Below, piece after piece: positions 25,438 through 36,127 of a stretch of DNA of 64,000 nucleotides (position 1 is the stretch's first letter; every line of letters starts with the position of its first letter). Below the pieces are notes generated by a model. The model ran no database searches. It was not told the origin of the DNA and saw nothing but the letters and a program-made list of their open reading frames with translations. Origin of the DNA: a virus; the IMG/VR virus record IMGVR_UViG_3300036820_000013, positions 15,081 through 79,080 of that record. The stretch is one strand, 5' to 3'. The position numbers and the translations under genes are program-made.

Positions 25438-26681
25438 TCTGATGTCTCCGGTCCTGCGATCGCGGTAATGCTGCCTAGCTGCGTTGGTCCTAGCCCGAGC
25501 TGCCAAGCGATCTGTTCCGCTTGCTGTCCTGTTGGGAAGGTTAGTGTCCAGCCTGTGATCTGGAACAGTTGCGTGATGCCCGGTGCTCCATAAGGGCCTG
25601 CTGGATGCAAATCAGAAGTGCCGGCGAACATCGCCTCGTCGCCCAGAATAACTTGGTTCACGAATGGCAACGACCCATCGCCGCCATAGACAACTGGAGT
25701 CAAGCCGGCCGTGATCATCAATGGATACAACGAGCCGATCGCAAACTGGTTCAGCTGGTCTTGACCAGTCACTGTCCCGAAGTAGGAGGTGTTACCTTCC
25801 AGGAGGGGGTAACCGTTAGCCAGCTCAGTGTTTGCGGTCGCTATCGAGATGTAGTTCTCCGACGCTCCATAGCCTGATACAACCAAACGGTTCGCAGGAT
25901 TCTGCGGTACCCACTGCCAACCATAGTCCTGCATATGATAGGCCGGAATGACTAGCTGGAACCCTGTCTCAGCGTAAGTCCGCCCCATCTGGGGGATGCC
26001 CATCTGAGTAATGGTGTACAGAGATCCATCGCTCGTCATCGCAGGCGTTAGTGCAAACTCGAGCAGGTACATATCGACCAGGTCGCCCCAGGCGCTGTAG
26101 ATCGACTTGTACGAGGCCTGCTCCGTGATCGATCCAGTGATACCTGAGTACTGCAACGTATCAACGACGCCTGCTTGGTTCTGGAACGTCCCCGAACCGG
26201 AGATCATACCATTAGGCGTCTTGCTAAGTGCATACTGCAGTTCCTGCCTAAAGATCTCAAAGACATCCGTGTTCGTATAGGTCAGGTCATCCGTGATCTG
26301 CCGATAGTTGAAGAACTGCTCCATTGTCGCTGCCTGAACGGGCAAGTTTCCACCAGACAAGCTATCGTGCGGTAGGCCTGTTACAGGGCCATTCCAAATA
26401 GGCACACCATTTTGCAAGATCCACAGAATAGACTTGTATGGGAGCATCGAGTTGATCCAGTACGAACGCTGCGCTGGCGTAACATTCTGAGCCAGCGTAA
26501 GCGAGCCGCTGAACTGCCCAATGTTGTTGATCTGCCGCGAGGCTGACTGGCCTACCAACGGCAAATCGTCACACAGTACTTGCCCAGTTAGCGTGTCGGT
26601 CGAGACAAAGCGGTACCCGGACAGTCGCTGCGCCAGCTGCCGATCGGCGAGGCTGGCTGCTGCGCTAACTGTGCTGGCCAC
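25434..26681 (-). CDS. Minor tail protein (baseplate hub-like)
   Basis: Position after Dit-like genes; SRQINNIGQFSG...NGVPIWNGP pattern typical of actinophage minor tail proteins. Confidence 0.75.
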   Translation of the reverse strand: MASTVSAAASLADRQLAQRLSGYRFVSTDTLTGQVLCDDLPLVGQSASRQINNIGQFSGSLTLAQNVTPAQRSYWINSMLPYKSILWILQNGVPIWNGPVTGLPHDSLSGGNLPVQAATMEQFFNYRQITDDLTYTNTDVFEIFRQELQYALSKTPNGMISGSGTFQNQAGVVDTLQYSGITGSITEQASYKSIYSAWGDLVDMYLLEFALTPAMTSDGSLYTITQMGIPQMGRTYAETGFQLVIPAYHMQDYGWQWVPQNPANRLVVSGYGASENYISIATANTELANGYPLLEGNTSYFGTVTGQDQLNQFAIGSLYPLMITAGLTPVVYGGDGSLPFVNQVILGDEAMFAGTSDLHPAGPYGAPGITQLFQITGWTLTFPTGQQAEQIAWQLGLGPTQLGSITAIAGPETSD

Positions 26682-27775
26682 TATAGCGTCACCGGCTGTA
26701 CGCGTAGGTAGGCTAGGTGGCCGGAGTTAGCCACTACGCTGACATTCTCAGACGTAGGCGTCTGCTGAAATGCTAGCGCCTTCCAAGTAATCGTGTGGTT
26801 GCCTGCTGATGGAGTATCGCCGGCAGCTGCCGAAGTCGTGTAAATGCTCGTTCCGCCGTTGTAAGCCCAAGTGATACCACTGACCATACCGGCAGAGGTC
26901 TCGATCATGTCAAGCTGAGTACTATCAATGTAGATCGCGAACTGCACTTCAGTTGGTGTAGGCGTCACCATCGACAAGCCCAACCAGTGGATCGTGATCT
27001 CAATATCGGTAGTGCCATCAGTTGTGATCGACGCCGACATCGAAGTCGCTCCGAACGTGACCGTCACTAGTGAGCCGCTGCTACCGACAACGCCTGTTAG
27101 TGTAGCCGCTGAGCTACCAACAACCTGCGTCGGAGTCCACCCCATAACCTTGAATGGCTTCGCACCAGCTGCCGTCAGCATAAAGTAGCGGTTGTTAACA
27201 ACGTCGTACCCAACAGTCCCAGCATCGCCAGTCGGCAGGCTACTCATGTTTGGGCAAACGATAACTCCGCCAGCCAGAGCGGTCCAGACGCGCTCGTCTG
27301 TAATGTTACTCTGCAGAATAGTCGTCACGCCAGAACCGACGGCGACTTGCGCTAGCGCGACTGAGTCAGATGGGGTCGCAGGAGCCGCCGGACTGCTGCT
27401 AGCAGTGCCCTCAACGAGTTGCACCTCACAATATGACGTGCTGTTGCCGTTGTCAACTACCGTTGCACAGATTAGGTCAATGCGGGAGTTTGGGCTTGAC
27501 GGAGCTGTCGGAACGACGAGTGTAGCAGTCGTCGGGTTGAAGACGCGGTACTGACCGCTGCCTGCAGCGTTCGGGACTACAGCAGTCCCAACTAGCACCT
27601 GAATACTCATGCCGCTATATGAGACAACCTCGAGGTCGCCAGTGCCAGTAGCCAGCACCCCACCCATAGTCTGAGTGCCGTAGGTTGTTGCATCGATATC
27701 TGCGCGTCCGATAGCATCCGTAAACGTCGAACCGGCCAACCAGGGGCAGTACCCGAGGTTTACGCTAGTCGCCAT
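26681..27775 (-). CDS. Minor tail protein
   Basis: PNSRIDLIC...VEGTASSSPAAPATP...LAQVAV...ITDER motif seen in actinophage minor tail proteins. Confidence 0.75.
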   Translation of the reverse strand: MATSVNLGYCPWLAGSTFTDAIGRADIDATTYGTQTMGGVLATGTGDLEVVSYSGMSIQVLVGTAVVPNAAGSGQYRVFNPTTATLVVPTAPSSPNSRIDLICATVVDNGNSTSYCEVQLVEGTASSSPAAPATPSDSVALAQVAVGSGVTTILQSNITDERVWTALAGGVIVCPNMSSLPTGDAGTVGYDVVNNRYFMLTAAGAKPFKVMGWTPTQVVGSSAATLTGVVGSSGSLVTVTFGATSMSASITTDGTTDIEITIHWLGLSMVTPTPTEVQFAIYIDSTQLDMIETSAGMVSGITWAYNGGTSIYTTSAAAGDTPSAGNHTITWKALAFQQTPTSENVSVVANSGHLAYLRVQPVTL

Positions 27776-27784
27776 CCCAACCTC

Positions 27785-28681
27785 CTATATCCATGCCGCC
27801 TGATAGGCTACTAGTAGTTGACCGCCGCTATTACCTGCAGCGGAAATAAGCGATATCGGATTTTGTCCAGGCCATAGCGTGAACCAGCCCGACGTGATAT
27901 CAGCCGGTACATAGACGCCATTCAGGAAGGCCTGCCGCGCATCAAAGTCGATCAGCATCTGATCGCCAGTCCGAAGCGTTACTAGCGGATTCCACCACGA
28001 AACAGTCTGACCAGTAGTGATTAGCGTAATTGCCGGTCCTGCAATCGGACCGTACAGGACCATATCGGGCCTGGTCTCATAAGTCCCAGGATTGTAACAC
28101 TGCACGATGCCTGGAGCGACACCCGTAGACAGCGTGATCGGGATGGTGGCCGGGATCGTGATCTCTGTTGGAGCCGTAGCAGTGGCCGACGCTGAGGCAT
28201 ACACAGTCTGCGAATACTTACGAGGATCGGGAGCCACCATGACGACCGAGAACACAGCCTCGAGAAGATTATCATACTGCTCTGTAATCTGGCCAGAGCG
28301 GCGAATATACGCTACCTTAGGAATCGGCTCGTTGTAAGTGAATGCGCAAAGGTCATTGACCGGAACGACCTGCTGCAGCAGCGCCCTAGCTAGATCACGG
28401 AGCGCTTGCGTAGGAGCCGAAGCCCTCAATGTAAGCGTCATTGTCCGCGCACCGTAATACTGCGCCGCCGGATAGGTACCTTGATCAGCCGCTCGCTGGA
28501 TGACCTGGCCCGATACCTGTGGACTATCCCAACCCTCGAGCTTCTGAATGATCCAGGCGATTCCGTTTGAGTCCGGACCGGTTCCCATACTGATCACCAA
28601 CGGCGACGTCATATACGGAGCCTGGTAGGAGAACGATCCAGTCCAGTATCCTGTATCAACGGACAGCGTTGGCGTAGTCAT
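27785..28681 (-). CDS. Distal tail (Dit-like) protein
   Basis: Directly after the tape measure; LEGWDSP...YGARTMTL...APDPRKYS...WFTLWPGQN...AWI. Confidence 0.82.
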   Translation of the reverse strand: MTTPTLSVDTGYWTGSFSYQAPYMTSPLVISMGTGPDSNGIAWIIQKLEGWDSPQVSGQVIQRAADQGTYPAAQYYGARTMTLTLRASAPTQALRDLARALLQQVVPVNDLCAFTYNEPIPKVAYIRRSGQITEQYDNLLEAVFSVVMVAPDPRKYSQTVYASASATATAPTEITIPATIPITLSTGVAPGIVQCYNPGTYETRPDMVLYGPIAGPAITLITTGQTVSWWNPLVTLRTGDQMLIDFDARQAFLNGVYVPADITSGWFTLWPGQNPISLISAAGNSGGQLLVAYQAAWI

Positions 28682-31600
28682 TAGGGAGCCACTCCTAGAG
28701 CAAGGGCCAAGTTAACCTTTTGCTGTGCCATCATCTCTGGCGTCGGGTACTGCGTGCCATAGTACTGCTGGTACACTGTAACGCTCTTTCCACCGCCAGG
28801 TCCAACTGGCGTGATGTCGACACCGCCCCCTGGACGCGCGTAAGCAGCCTCCATGCCTTGCTCTCCGACCCACGCATTCTGCCCTGGAGGAAGGAACCCG
28901 CCCGCGGCCAAAGATCCATACACCTGGTTCGCAATCCCAGGACGTGTGTCCGAGAATAGCACTGCAGGCCGCTCAAAGTATTCCGAGTAAATCTGGCCAG
29001 CGGCTGTTGCCGTAGCTGCCGAGTTCAGCAATGGAATAAACTCAGACCAGGTCTTGTTATACTCCAACAAGTCCGCCATCTGAATTGCTAGGTCGTGACT
29101 AGCATTGCCTGTGACAATTGGTTGATATGGCCTAGCAGAACTAGGCGGAGTCCAACCAATCAGGCCCGCGCCTCCGGACCCGACAGACTCAGGGTTGCCG
29201 CCCGACTCACCATAGATGTCACCCGCGATGCCAGCCGCTGCGGTCCGCGTATAGCCGTTCGCCATCAAGTACCTTGCTACAGTGACTAGGTTCGTTAGCG
29301 AATCGCCAGCTGAAATGCCGCCTGGGACGCCTGCACCTGCAGTTACAGCACCCTTAAATGTCGTAGTCAAAGCGCGTATCAGGTCTGTCACGATAGTCTT
29401 TGGGATCTGAACGATCATGCCGGCTAGGTCTCCCGTAGCCCCACCCGATCCGCCCGTGAACTTCATCATGTCGTTCAATAGCGCGGTTGTGTTACCTGTA
29501 GCCAATGCGGCGACCAGAGAACCGATATCCTTGATTCCACTGAACACATCAGAAGCCGCACCACTAACAGCTCCTGTAATGTCACTAATCACTCCACCGC
29601 CCGGAATACCTCCGGAAGCATACCCAGGAACGCCGAGCGCCTTAAACACGCTCGCCAGCTTAGAGCTGTGCTCCTTGCTCACGACCGTCTCGCCTGGCTC
29701 GATCATGGCCGGAACGATGTCGCCGCCGCCCCAACCTGGCACTCGCATGCTCCGATCAGCCTTGCCTCCAGCTGCGAAGTTGAACGTCGGCAGGGAAGGC
29801 ACGCCTGGAATCTTTGCAGCCACATCATTCCACAGACGAGCAATGCCGCCGTCATAAACTGTGTTGACTAGGAACTTGACTGGTGACTCGAAAATGCCTT
29901 CTAGTGAGCTCCACGTACTCTTAATCCCGCTCACAGCTCCAGAGAAGCCGCTCTTCATATCGCTCCAGACATTCTGGAGCATGCTCATGATCGAGTTCCA
30001 GACGCTCTTTGTTGTGCTCTCGATGTCATCCCACGTGCTAGTTAGGAACGACCTGAAGGCATTGAAGATGCTCTCGCCAAAGCTCTTGAAGTTGTTCCAC
30101 TCACTATCGAAGAACGAGCTAATCGCGTTCCAGGTCGACTTCATGAACGACGAAATATTGTTCCAGGTCTGCTCTAGGAAGTCCTTGAAGTCATTGAAGA
30201 TGTTCTCGCCATACTCTTCCCAGGCCTTCCATGCATCCTGGAAAAACTCATCTATAGCGTTCCAGATCTGTTCACCATAAGTCTTGATGTCGTCCCAGGC
30301 CTGACTCCAGTGCCCCGAGAGCAAGTCGATCATAACGCTAAACAGGGCGACCAGGGTGTCCCAACCGACCTTCTCGATGAGCTGAATCGCCGCCCAAGCG
30401 GTCTCAGCAACCGCCTGAACAGTATCCCAAAGTATCTTCCAGGCCAGCTCAATAACCGAGACGCCTTCGTTCCAGACCAGCTGAATAGCAGCCCAAACTA
30501 CCTTAAAGAGCGTCTCGAGTACAGCGCCCGCAGTCTCTCCGACCAGCTCCAACGTGTCCCAGAGCATCCTCCAGGTCAGCTCAACAAAGTTGGCGCCTTC
30601 GCTCCAAGCACCCTCAACAATGTCCCAGAGGACCTTGACGATACCCTCAAGCTGGTCCGCACCGATATCAAAGGTGCTCTCGAGCACGCTCCAAAGAGTC
30701 TTGACGAGCGGCATCAGGATGTCGTAGAACTCCTCAAAGGTCCCGCTAATCGTCCCCCAGACCTGCTGCCAAATCGCCTCTAGCGCCGACCCGTGAGTCT
30801 TCCACCAGGTATCGAAACTGGTCTCGAAGAACGTGATCAGGCGAGCTGCTCCATGGACTACCGGGTCATAAATGTCGTTGCCAATATCGTTCCAGATACC
30901 AGCAGCGTCATCCACCGTATCCTTCCAGACCTGCTCTAGCGCGGCAGTACTATCCCGCCAGCTATTGACCAGGTTCTGACCGGTCTGCTTCGCAGCATTC
31001 TCAAAGTCGCCCCAGAGCTGCTCAACAATCAGGATGCCGTTATCCCAACCCTTGATCATCAACTGCAGAGGCGCATCGAAGTAGTCTGACTCAATATAAT
31101 GACCGATTGCGGTAAAGAAGTTCTTGATGTCTTCCAGGACGCTATTGTTCGCGATCTTGCTCGGGTCGACAGCCGTATCCATTTTCTGGCCAGCCTTCGT
31201 AGCAGAATCGCCTGCAGCGGTGAAGCTCTGGACCAGTTCAGCATTGTACGTATTGATCTGCTGCGTACTCCAGCCGAGCTTAGTGCGCAAGAAGTCATCT
31301 AGCTGTGCTAGGTCATTCTTGTAGGCCGAGCTGCCCTCGCCACTATTCTTCAGAGCCTGTGTCGTAGCGTCAAGCAACCCATTGAAGCCGCCCTGCGCTA
31401 TCACAGCCTTGTCCGTTGCCTGAATAACATCTGTCTGCAGCGTACCGGTGAAGTCCGTTGCAATGCTATTCAGGTTGCCCAACTTCTGCGTAGCCTGATC
31501 AACAGCGGTATTCAGATCATCCTGAGCACTCTTAGTATTACCAACCCATTGAGTCAGCTGCTTGTAACTGCTGATGTTCGGGTCGATCTGCTGAGCAACG

Positions 31601-34029
31601 CCTATCAGCTCCGCTTGTGCAGTCTGGCTAGAAGCTGCAAACGGTAGCATCTGCGCGACTAGTCCCTTGACCGCATCCTGATACTGCCCCGCCGACAATG
31701 CTCCAGACGCCAAGGCGTCGCGCAACCAGTCTGACGTCTGACCCGCCTGTACCACAGCACTATTAAAACTCGTCCAAGCAGACGCCGACCCCTCGATGTT
31801 ATCCGTAACCTTAGATAGTCCGGCTACATCAGTCCCGAAGGATGCTAGAGCACTAGTACCGCCCGTGAGTGTTTGGAAGTACGAGTCCCAAGCCTCGTCC
31901 AACTTGTTAACCTGCGTGTCCTGGAATGATGCCTGGTAGCTCACAGCGTTCATCGAAGCGCCCAGTGCGCCCCCAACCTGACCGATCGCTTCGTAGCCAG
32001 TTACGAGGCCTTCGATTTCTTGCCGCGCTACCTGAGCCGCATGACTGTTCCCGATCAAGGTCTGCGAAAGGTTAACGCCGGCAGCCTGCGCAACACCTAG
32101 CGACTCCGCGAACGTGAATCCGTAGGTCGACGAAATGAGACCGACGTTCTTAGTCTCAGTGACCAGTTGCTGATTCAGCACATCATGCTCTTGCGTCAGC
32201 GCACTGACGGCTCCTTGAGCACCGGAAGCGATAGCCTGGAACGCACTCGTCTTAGTGTTCAGGTTAGCTTGAGCCGCTGCCAAGTCCTGATTCGTAGCAA
32301 CTAGCGTGCTGACCGTATCGTTGATGACCTTATAATCAGTCGCGGTTGAGATCAACTTGTTCTGAGTGTCGATCCAGTTCGTCGTGCCGCTATCAGCTCG
32401 TGCGATCACGATTGTGAGCGCAGTGATAGCCGCTGCTGCGTCGATCGCCCAACCGACAGGGTTCGTAGCAAGGAAGGTCAGCAAGGTTTGCGCGTAGGCT
32501 ATCATACCTAGCCTAGCGCCTTCCTCATCGCGCGTCAGGGCCAACATGCCTTCGCCGAGGTCACCAATCATCGGCGTAATGCCCTCAACGATGTCTAGGC
32601 TACCTAGAGCAAGCACTAGTCGACCAACAGTATCGAGGAGCAGCCCACCCCATCGCAGGAACTCTTCAAAGCCCATCGCAACCGTGATGATCCACCCAGG
32701 GATCTCGGTCAGCTTAAGGATTAGTTGCGTGAATGCATCTAGGACCTTCAGTAGGACCTCAGCCAGACCGGGCATATCACCGGCAAGGTTCAAGATCGCG
32801 TGCCCCAGGTTGCCAAGGACCTGCCCAAACTCGACTAGGTCTTCAACGCCCTTTGAGACCATTTGAGTCAGTTCAGTACCAAAGGCCCCATTCAAGTCGA
32901 CTGCAATCTCAGCCGAAAACTTCTGAATGACCTGAGCGACCGCTCCACCCATGGTAACAAAGTCGCCTAGGTGCTGACGCGCTATATCGATCGCGTCACC
33001 AAGCATGCTCCAAGCCACAGGATTCATCTTGTCCTGCATCGCTTGCAACGCATCGCCAGTACCGAGGATATCGCCTGACGTCGTATTAAACGCGGGACCT
33101 AGGGCCTCAGTCGTTGTATAGAGCGACTCCATTCGATAAGCGACGCGCTCCATTACGCCCTGGTACAGAACCGCGGCTCCAGCAGCCGCCGCAATAATGG
33201 CAGGAATGCCTACGGCAGCCAATTCGGAGCCACCAGCTACCACCCAGTGGATAACGGTGCCCCAGTTTTGGAAGAACGTCATGATCAGACCGGACTGCAC
33301 TATCATGCGGTCTTCATCATCACTAACCGCGCGCAACGCTCCTGCGAACGCAGTCAACTCCGCTAGAGCTGTTGGAAGACCTGTAATCTCGAGGTTGACA
33401 CCTGCCAGATGTGCAAATGCACGCAACTTAGCCTGCAGGACTGCCAACTGAGCATCGATAGTGGCCTGATCGATCGTCGGATCGATAGCCATCATGCGCA
33501 GCGTGTCAAACTTTAGCTGAATCTCCGCAATAGCCGCGTCTAGCCGAGCCTCGTCAACACTAGGTTCAATGTTCAGCGTAAATTCGCGGATCGCATCAAG
33601 ACGAGCCGCAATATTCGCGATCTGCACGTCAAGCGAAGCCTCATCAACGTCCGGCTCGAGAGCAAAGTCTCGAATCGCGGCCAGCCGAGCCTGTATCAGC
33701 GCAATCGCCGCATTCAGGTCAGCCTCATCGACACCGGCCTGCAGCGCAATACCGCGGACCGCATCGATCTTAGCTTCAACCTCAGCCAATTGAGCATCTA
33801 GCGCGGCCTGATCGACATTAGGCTGCATCGCAAAGGTCTTGATCGCAGCTAGCTTCGCCTCGATGTCCGTGATCGCTGCATCCAGCGCAGCCTCATCGAC
33901 ATCGACTGAAACAACGGCGTTCTTAATTGCCTGGAGGCGTGATTCAACTCCGGCAATACCCTTATCCAAGGTAGCGTAGTCTACATCAACTTCGAGGTAG
34001 CCTTCCGCAACCTTGAATCCGTCAGCCAT
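28681..34029 (-). CDS. Tape measure protein with C-terminal tail-lysozyme-like domain
   Basis: 1782 aa, Ala-rich helical, Trp-periodic repeats; N-terminal VDEAxLDA repeats; C-terminal AAAGIAGDIYGESG...GLIGWT...FERP. Confidence 0.93.
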   Translation of the reverse strand: MADGFKVAEGYLEVDVDYATLDKGIAGVESRLQAIKNAVVSVDVDEAALDAAITDIEAKLAAIKTFAMQPNVDQAALDAQLAEVEAKIDAVRGIALQAGVDEADLNAAIALIQARLAAIRDFALEPDVDEASLDVQIANIAARLDAIREFTLNIEPSVDEARLDAAIAEIQLKFDTLRMMAIDPTIDQATIDAQLAVLQAKLRAFAHLAGVNLEITGLPTALAELTAFAGALRAVSDDEDRMIVQSGLIMTFFQNWGTVIHWVVAGGSELAAVGIPAIIAAAAGAAVLYQGVMERVAYRMESLYTTTEALGPAFNTTSGDILGTGDALQAMQDKMNPVAWSMLGDAIDIARQHLGDFVTMGGAVAQVIQKFSAEIAVDLNGAFGTELTQMVSKGVEDLVEFGQVLGNLGHAILNLAGDMPGLAEVLLKVLDAFTQLILKLTEIPGWIITVAMGFEEFLRWGGLLLDTVGRLVLALGSLDIVEGITPMIGDLGEGMLALTRDEEGARLGMIAYAQTLLTFLATNPVGWAIDAAAAITALTIVIARADSGTTNWIDTQNKLISTATDYKVINDTVSTLVATNQDLAAAQANLNTKTSAFQAIASGAQGAVSALTQEHDVLNQQLVTETKNVGLISSTYGFTFAESLGVAQAAGVNLSQTLIGNSHAAQVARQEIEGLVTGYEAIGQVGGALGASMNAVSYQASFQDTQVNKLDEAWDSYFQTLTGGTSALASFGTDVAGLSKVTDNIEGSASAWTSFNSAVVQAGQTSDWLRDALASGALSAGQYQDAVKGLVAQMLPFAASSQTAQAELIGVAQQIDPNISSYKQLTQWVGNTKSAQDDLNTAVDQATQKLGNLNSIATDFTGTLQTDVIQATDKAVIAQGGFNGLLDATTQALKNSGEGSSAYKNDLAQLDDFLRTKLGWSTQQINTYNAELVQSFTAAGDSATKAGQKMDTAVDPSKIANNSVLEDIKNFFTAIGHYIESDYFDAPLQLMIKGWDNGILIVEQLWGDFENAAKQTGQNLVNSWRDSTAALEQVWKDTVDDAAGIWNDIGNDIYDPVVHGAARLITFFETSFDTWWKTHGSALEAIWQQVWGTISGTFEEFYDILMPLVKTLWSVLESTFDIGADQLEGIVKVLWDIVEGAWSEGANFVELTWRMLWDTLELVGETAGAVLETLFKVVWAAIQLVWNEGVSVIELAWKILWDTVQAVAETAWAAIQLIEKVGWDTLVALFSVMIDLLSGHWSQAWDDIKTYGEQIWNAIDEFFQDAWKAWEEYGENIFNDFKDFLEQTWNNISSFMKSTWNAISSFFDSEWNNFKSFGESIFNAFRSFLTSTWDDIESTTKSVWNSIMSMLQNVWSDMKSGFSGAVSGIKSTWSSLEGIFESPVKFLVNTVYDGGIARLWNDVAAKIPGVPSLPTFNFAAGGKADRSMRVPGWGGGDIVPAMIEPGETVVSKEHSSKLASVFKALGVPGYASGGIPGGGVISDITGAVSGAASDVFSGIKDIGSLVAALATGNTTALLNDMMKFTGGSGGATGDLAGMIVQIPKTIVTDLIRALTTTFKGAVTAGAGVPGGISAGDSLTNLVTVARYLMANGYTRTAAAGIAGDIYGESGGNPESVGSGGAGLIGWTPPSSARPYQPIVTGNASHDLAIQMADLLEYNKTWSEFIPLLNSAATATAAGQIYSEYFERPAVLFSDTRPGIANQVYGSLAAGGFLPPGQNAWVGEQGMEAAYARPGGGVDITPVGPGGGKSVTVYQQYYGTQYPTPEMMAQQKVNLALALGVAP

Positions 34030-34030
34030 G

Positions 34031-34459
34031 CTAATCCTCTAGTTTCGTGACTTGGAACATCGGCACAAGCTCTCCGAGCTGAGGTGCTGCAGGCCCTGCG
34101 GCCATTAGCTCCTCGGCCGTCAGCGTACGTTCTGCTTGAGGCTCTCGCACCCGACCCTCCTTATCACGCATATCTGCCACGTGACCTGCTTCATACAGTG
34201 GCGGCATAGCGTTAATCCGCTCTTGCTGCTCCGCCTCACTAACGTCCTCCAGCCACCCCTCTAGATCATGACGCGCCGCTCCCTCATAGGCCGGCAGTCG
34301 ATACGCAATCTTGAAGAACGCCGGTCCTTCTAGCTTCCGGACGTCCTTGATGTGGTGCAACGCGCTCATGTCGCTGCATACGCTGTCGAGACAATCGACG
34401 ATCCATATCAGTTGCGCCGCCCTGACGAGCCAGCCCGGCGGTTCCTGGTCCCTTTTGGG
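34031..34459 (-). CDS. Tail assembly chaperone, -1 frameshift extension
   Basis: The -1 frame from the slippery site is open (PKRDQEPPGWLVRAAQLIWIVDCLDSVCSDMSALHH...) and continuous with ORF 34031-34369. Confidence 0.85.
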   Translation of the reverse strand, partial: PKRDQEPPGWLVRAAQLIWIVDCLDSVCSDMSALHHIKDVRKLEGPAFFKIAYRLPAYEGAARHDLEGWLEDVSEAEQQERINAMPPLYEAGHVADMRDKEGRVREPQAERTLTAEELMAAGPAAPQLGELVPMFQVTKLED

Positions 34460-34806
34460 CGCTCGGTCTTGCCTGTCGCAATACGCAGCGCCGCCGACAG
34501 AACAAAGTTGTACTGGTCGTCCGTCAACTTGTCGTAGTTCATGAGCGCGTCGTAACCAGCTTCGCCGAGCATGCTCGTGAGCATGAAGTACGCTGCGTTC
34601 TGAGGACCTTCCGTCTTCATGATCTTCAGGTACTTCAGCCCAACCGTCGGCGATGGGTTCTTCGGGACCTGAAACTCTGCTTCATCGATCGTGAAGAGGG
34701 TCAGGAACTCAACCTTCTCACCCTCATCCTTGGTCGAGAGATGAAGGATTTCCAGCTCGTCGGAGGCCGGAGCCTCCGACTTCGCAGGCTGCGAGGTGTC
34801 CGCCAT
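34408..34806 (-). CDS. Tail assembly chaperone
   Basis: Between major tail and tape measure genes; carries the slippery site. Confidence 0.88.
   Translation of the reverse strand: MADTSQPAKSEAPASDELEILHLSTKDEGEKVEFLTLFTIDEAEFQVPKNPSPTVGLKYLKIMKTEGPQNAAYFMLTSMLGEAGYDALMNYDKLTDDQYNFVLSAALRIATGKTERPKGTRNRRAGSSGRRN
34453..34459 (-). other. Programmed -1 frameshift slippery heptamer C CCA AAA
   Basis: X XXY YYZ heptamer near the end of the chaperone ORF, in the correct frame. Confidence 0.85.
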
Positions 34807-34818
34807 AGCAGTCCCTTT

Positions 34819-35463
34819 CTAGGAGGTCTGGTCGTAGATGTAGAACGGGGGGACCGTCGCGCTCACGTAGTAGCACGTGAACGTGCAGGCCCAGACCGAC
34901 TGGTTGGTCAGGTCGTACTTCGCCGTCGCCTTAACCGAGTTCAGAACCTTGTTCAGGACGAAGCGACGCCTCATGACCGCGCCCGTGGTGAGCGCCGGCG
35001 CCCAACCATCGATGATCAAGACGCTGTACGTCGGCTGCGTGATCGTCGGCGTGCTCGTTCCGGGAGCCGCCGTAGATGACAGCGGCGTGAAGGTGTTGAT
35101 GCCCGACCCGACCCCGATCTGCGACTGCGCAGGGTCGTTCATCGCCTCGGCCAGGTTCTGCATCGTCGCCTCAAGCAACGACGTAGTCACCGTGATCATG
35201 CGACCGGTCAGGCGCGCGCCGATCGGGTCGACGACCTGGTCTGCCTTGATCTGCCCGTACGTGTAGTCCACGTCCCAGTTGACTCCGCCGGTTGTCGCGC
35301 CGAAGTCGGTGAACCCTGTAGACCCGCCGCTACCTGGGTCGGTCTTGACCGTGGTGTTCGTCTGAGACGCGACCGAGACAACGCCGAACTGGCCCCAGTA
35401 AACCTCGGCGGGGCCCTGAACGACGTTAGTCGGAGTAGCGCCGACGTAAGATGCTGACGTCAT
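34819..35463 (-). CDS. Major tail protein
   Basis: NVVQGPAEVY...DFGATTGGV...DQVVDP...LLEATMQNL; strongly GC3-biased codons. Confidence 0.88.
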   Translation of the reverse strand: MTSASYVGATPTNVVQGPAEVYWGQFGVVSVASQTNTTVKTDPGSGGSTGFTDFGATTGGVNWDVDYTYGQIKADQVVDPIGARLTGRMITVTTSLLEATMQNLAEAMNDPAQSQIGVGSGINTFTPLSSTAAPGTSTPTITQPTYSVLIIDGWAPALTTGAVMRRRFVLNKVLNSVKATAKYDLTNQSVWACTFTCYYVSATVPPFYIYDQTS

Positions 35464-35479
35464 ATCCTATACCTTCCTG

Positions 35480-35857
35480 TTAGACTCCGCCGGATTGAAT
35501 AATGCAGATCCCAGACACGTCTGCTCCGGTTGTGAAATCGATCTCGACCAGGCCGGCAGCATTCACATCGAGCGCATAGAACGGCCCGAGCAAGTACAGG
35601 TCGCCAGCGGTGGCCGCGGCAAACGTAATCGGGCTAATCTGCTGCCCAAGGATCGTGGCCCCCGGCGTGATCTTGGCTCCAGGATCGGCAGTGACCGTCT
35701 TCAGGAGGATCAGGGTCAGCCCTGGGACGTTCGGGAAGGTAACACCAGTTGCGCCCCCGAGCGTTGCGAGCGTCTGTGTCGTCAGATTGATAACGCCGTT
35801 CCCGACGAGTTGCTGATACCCAGGCGAGACACCCGGGCCCAGCGCGAGGATCGTCAC
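35480..35857 (-). CDS. Virion-associated protein, paralog of 49859-50251
   Basis: Shares GVxFxNxPG...GxF...VxIDF with 49859-50251. Confidence 0.7.
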   Translation of the reverse strand: MTILALGPGVSPGYQQLVGNGVINLTTQTLATLGGATGVTFPNVPGLTLILLKTVTADPGAKITPGATILGQQISPITFAAATAGDLYLLGPFYALDVNAAGLVEIDFTTGADVSGICIIQSGGV

Positions 35858-36081
35858 TTCCGCCTCCTACGCGTTGTCCTAGCCTTAGACGCGCCCTTGT
35901 GGTTCCAGGTCGCGGCAACCTTCGCGAAGTTCGCCTGCCTACGCGTCTGGGCTGTATAGCGACCCTTCGGAGCCGCCATAACCTTGTTAGCGAACGCTCG
36001 AGGAGACATCCCGGAGGCCTTCGCCTTACGTGTTAGCGCTCCTGGATGCTTGATCGTGATCTTCAGCTTCTTGCGTGCCAT
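35854..36081 (-). CDS. Small highly basic protein
   Basis: IKHPGAL motif, Lys/Arg-rich, RBS aggaggagg. Confidence 0.75.
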   Translation of the reverse strand: MARKKLKITIKHPGALTRKAKASGMSPRAFANKVMAAPKGRYTAQTRRQANFAKVAATWNHKGASKARTTRRRRK

Positions 36082-36127
36082 TGTTAACCTCCTCCTGCTC
36101 CTTCTGCGTCCGCCGCACTAGGATTTA

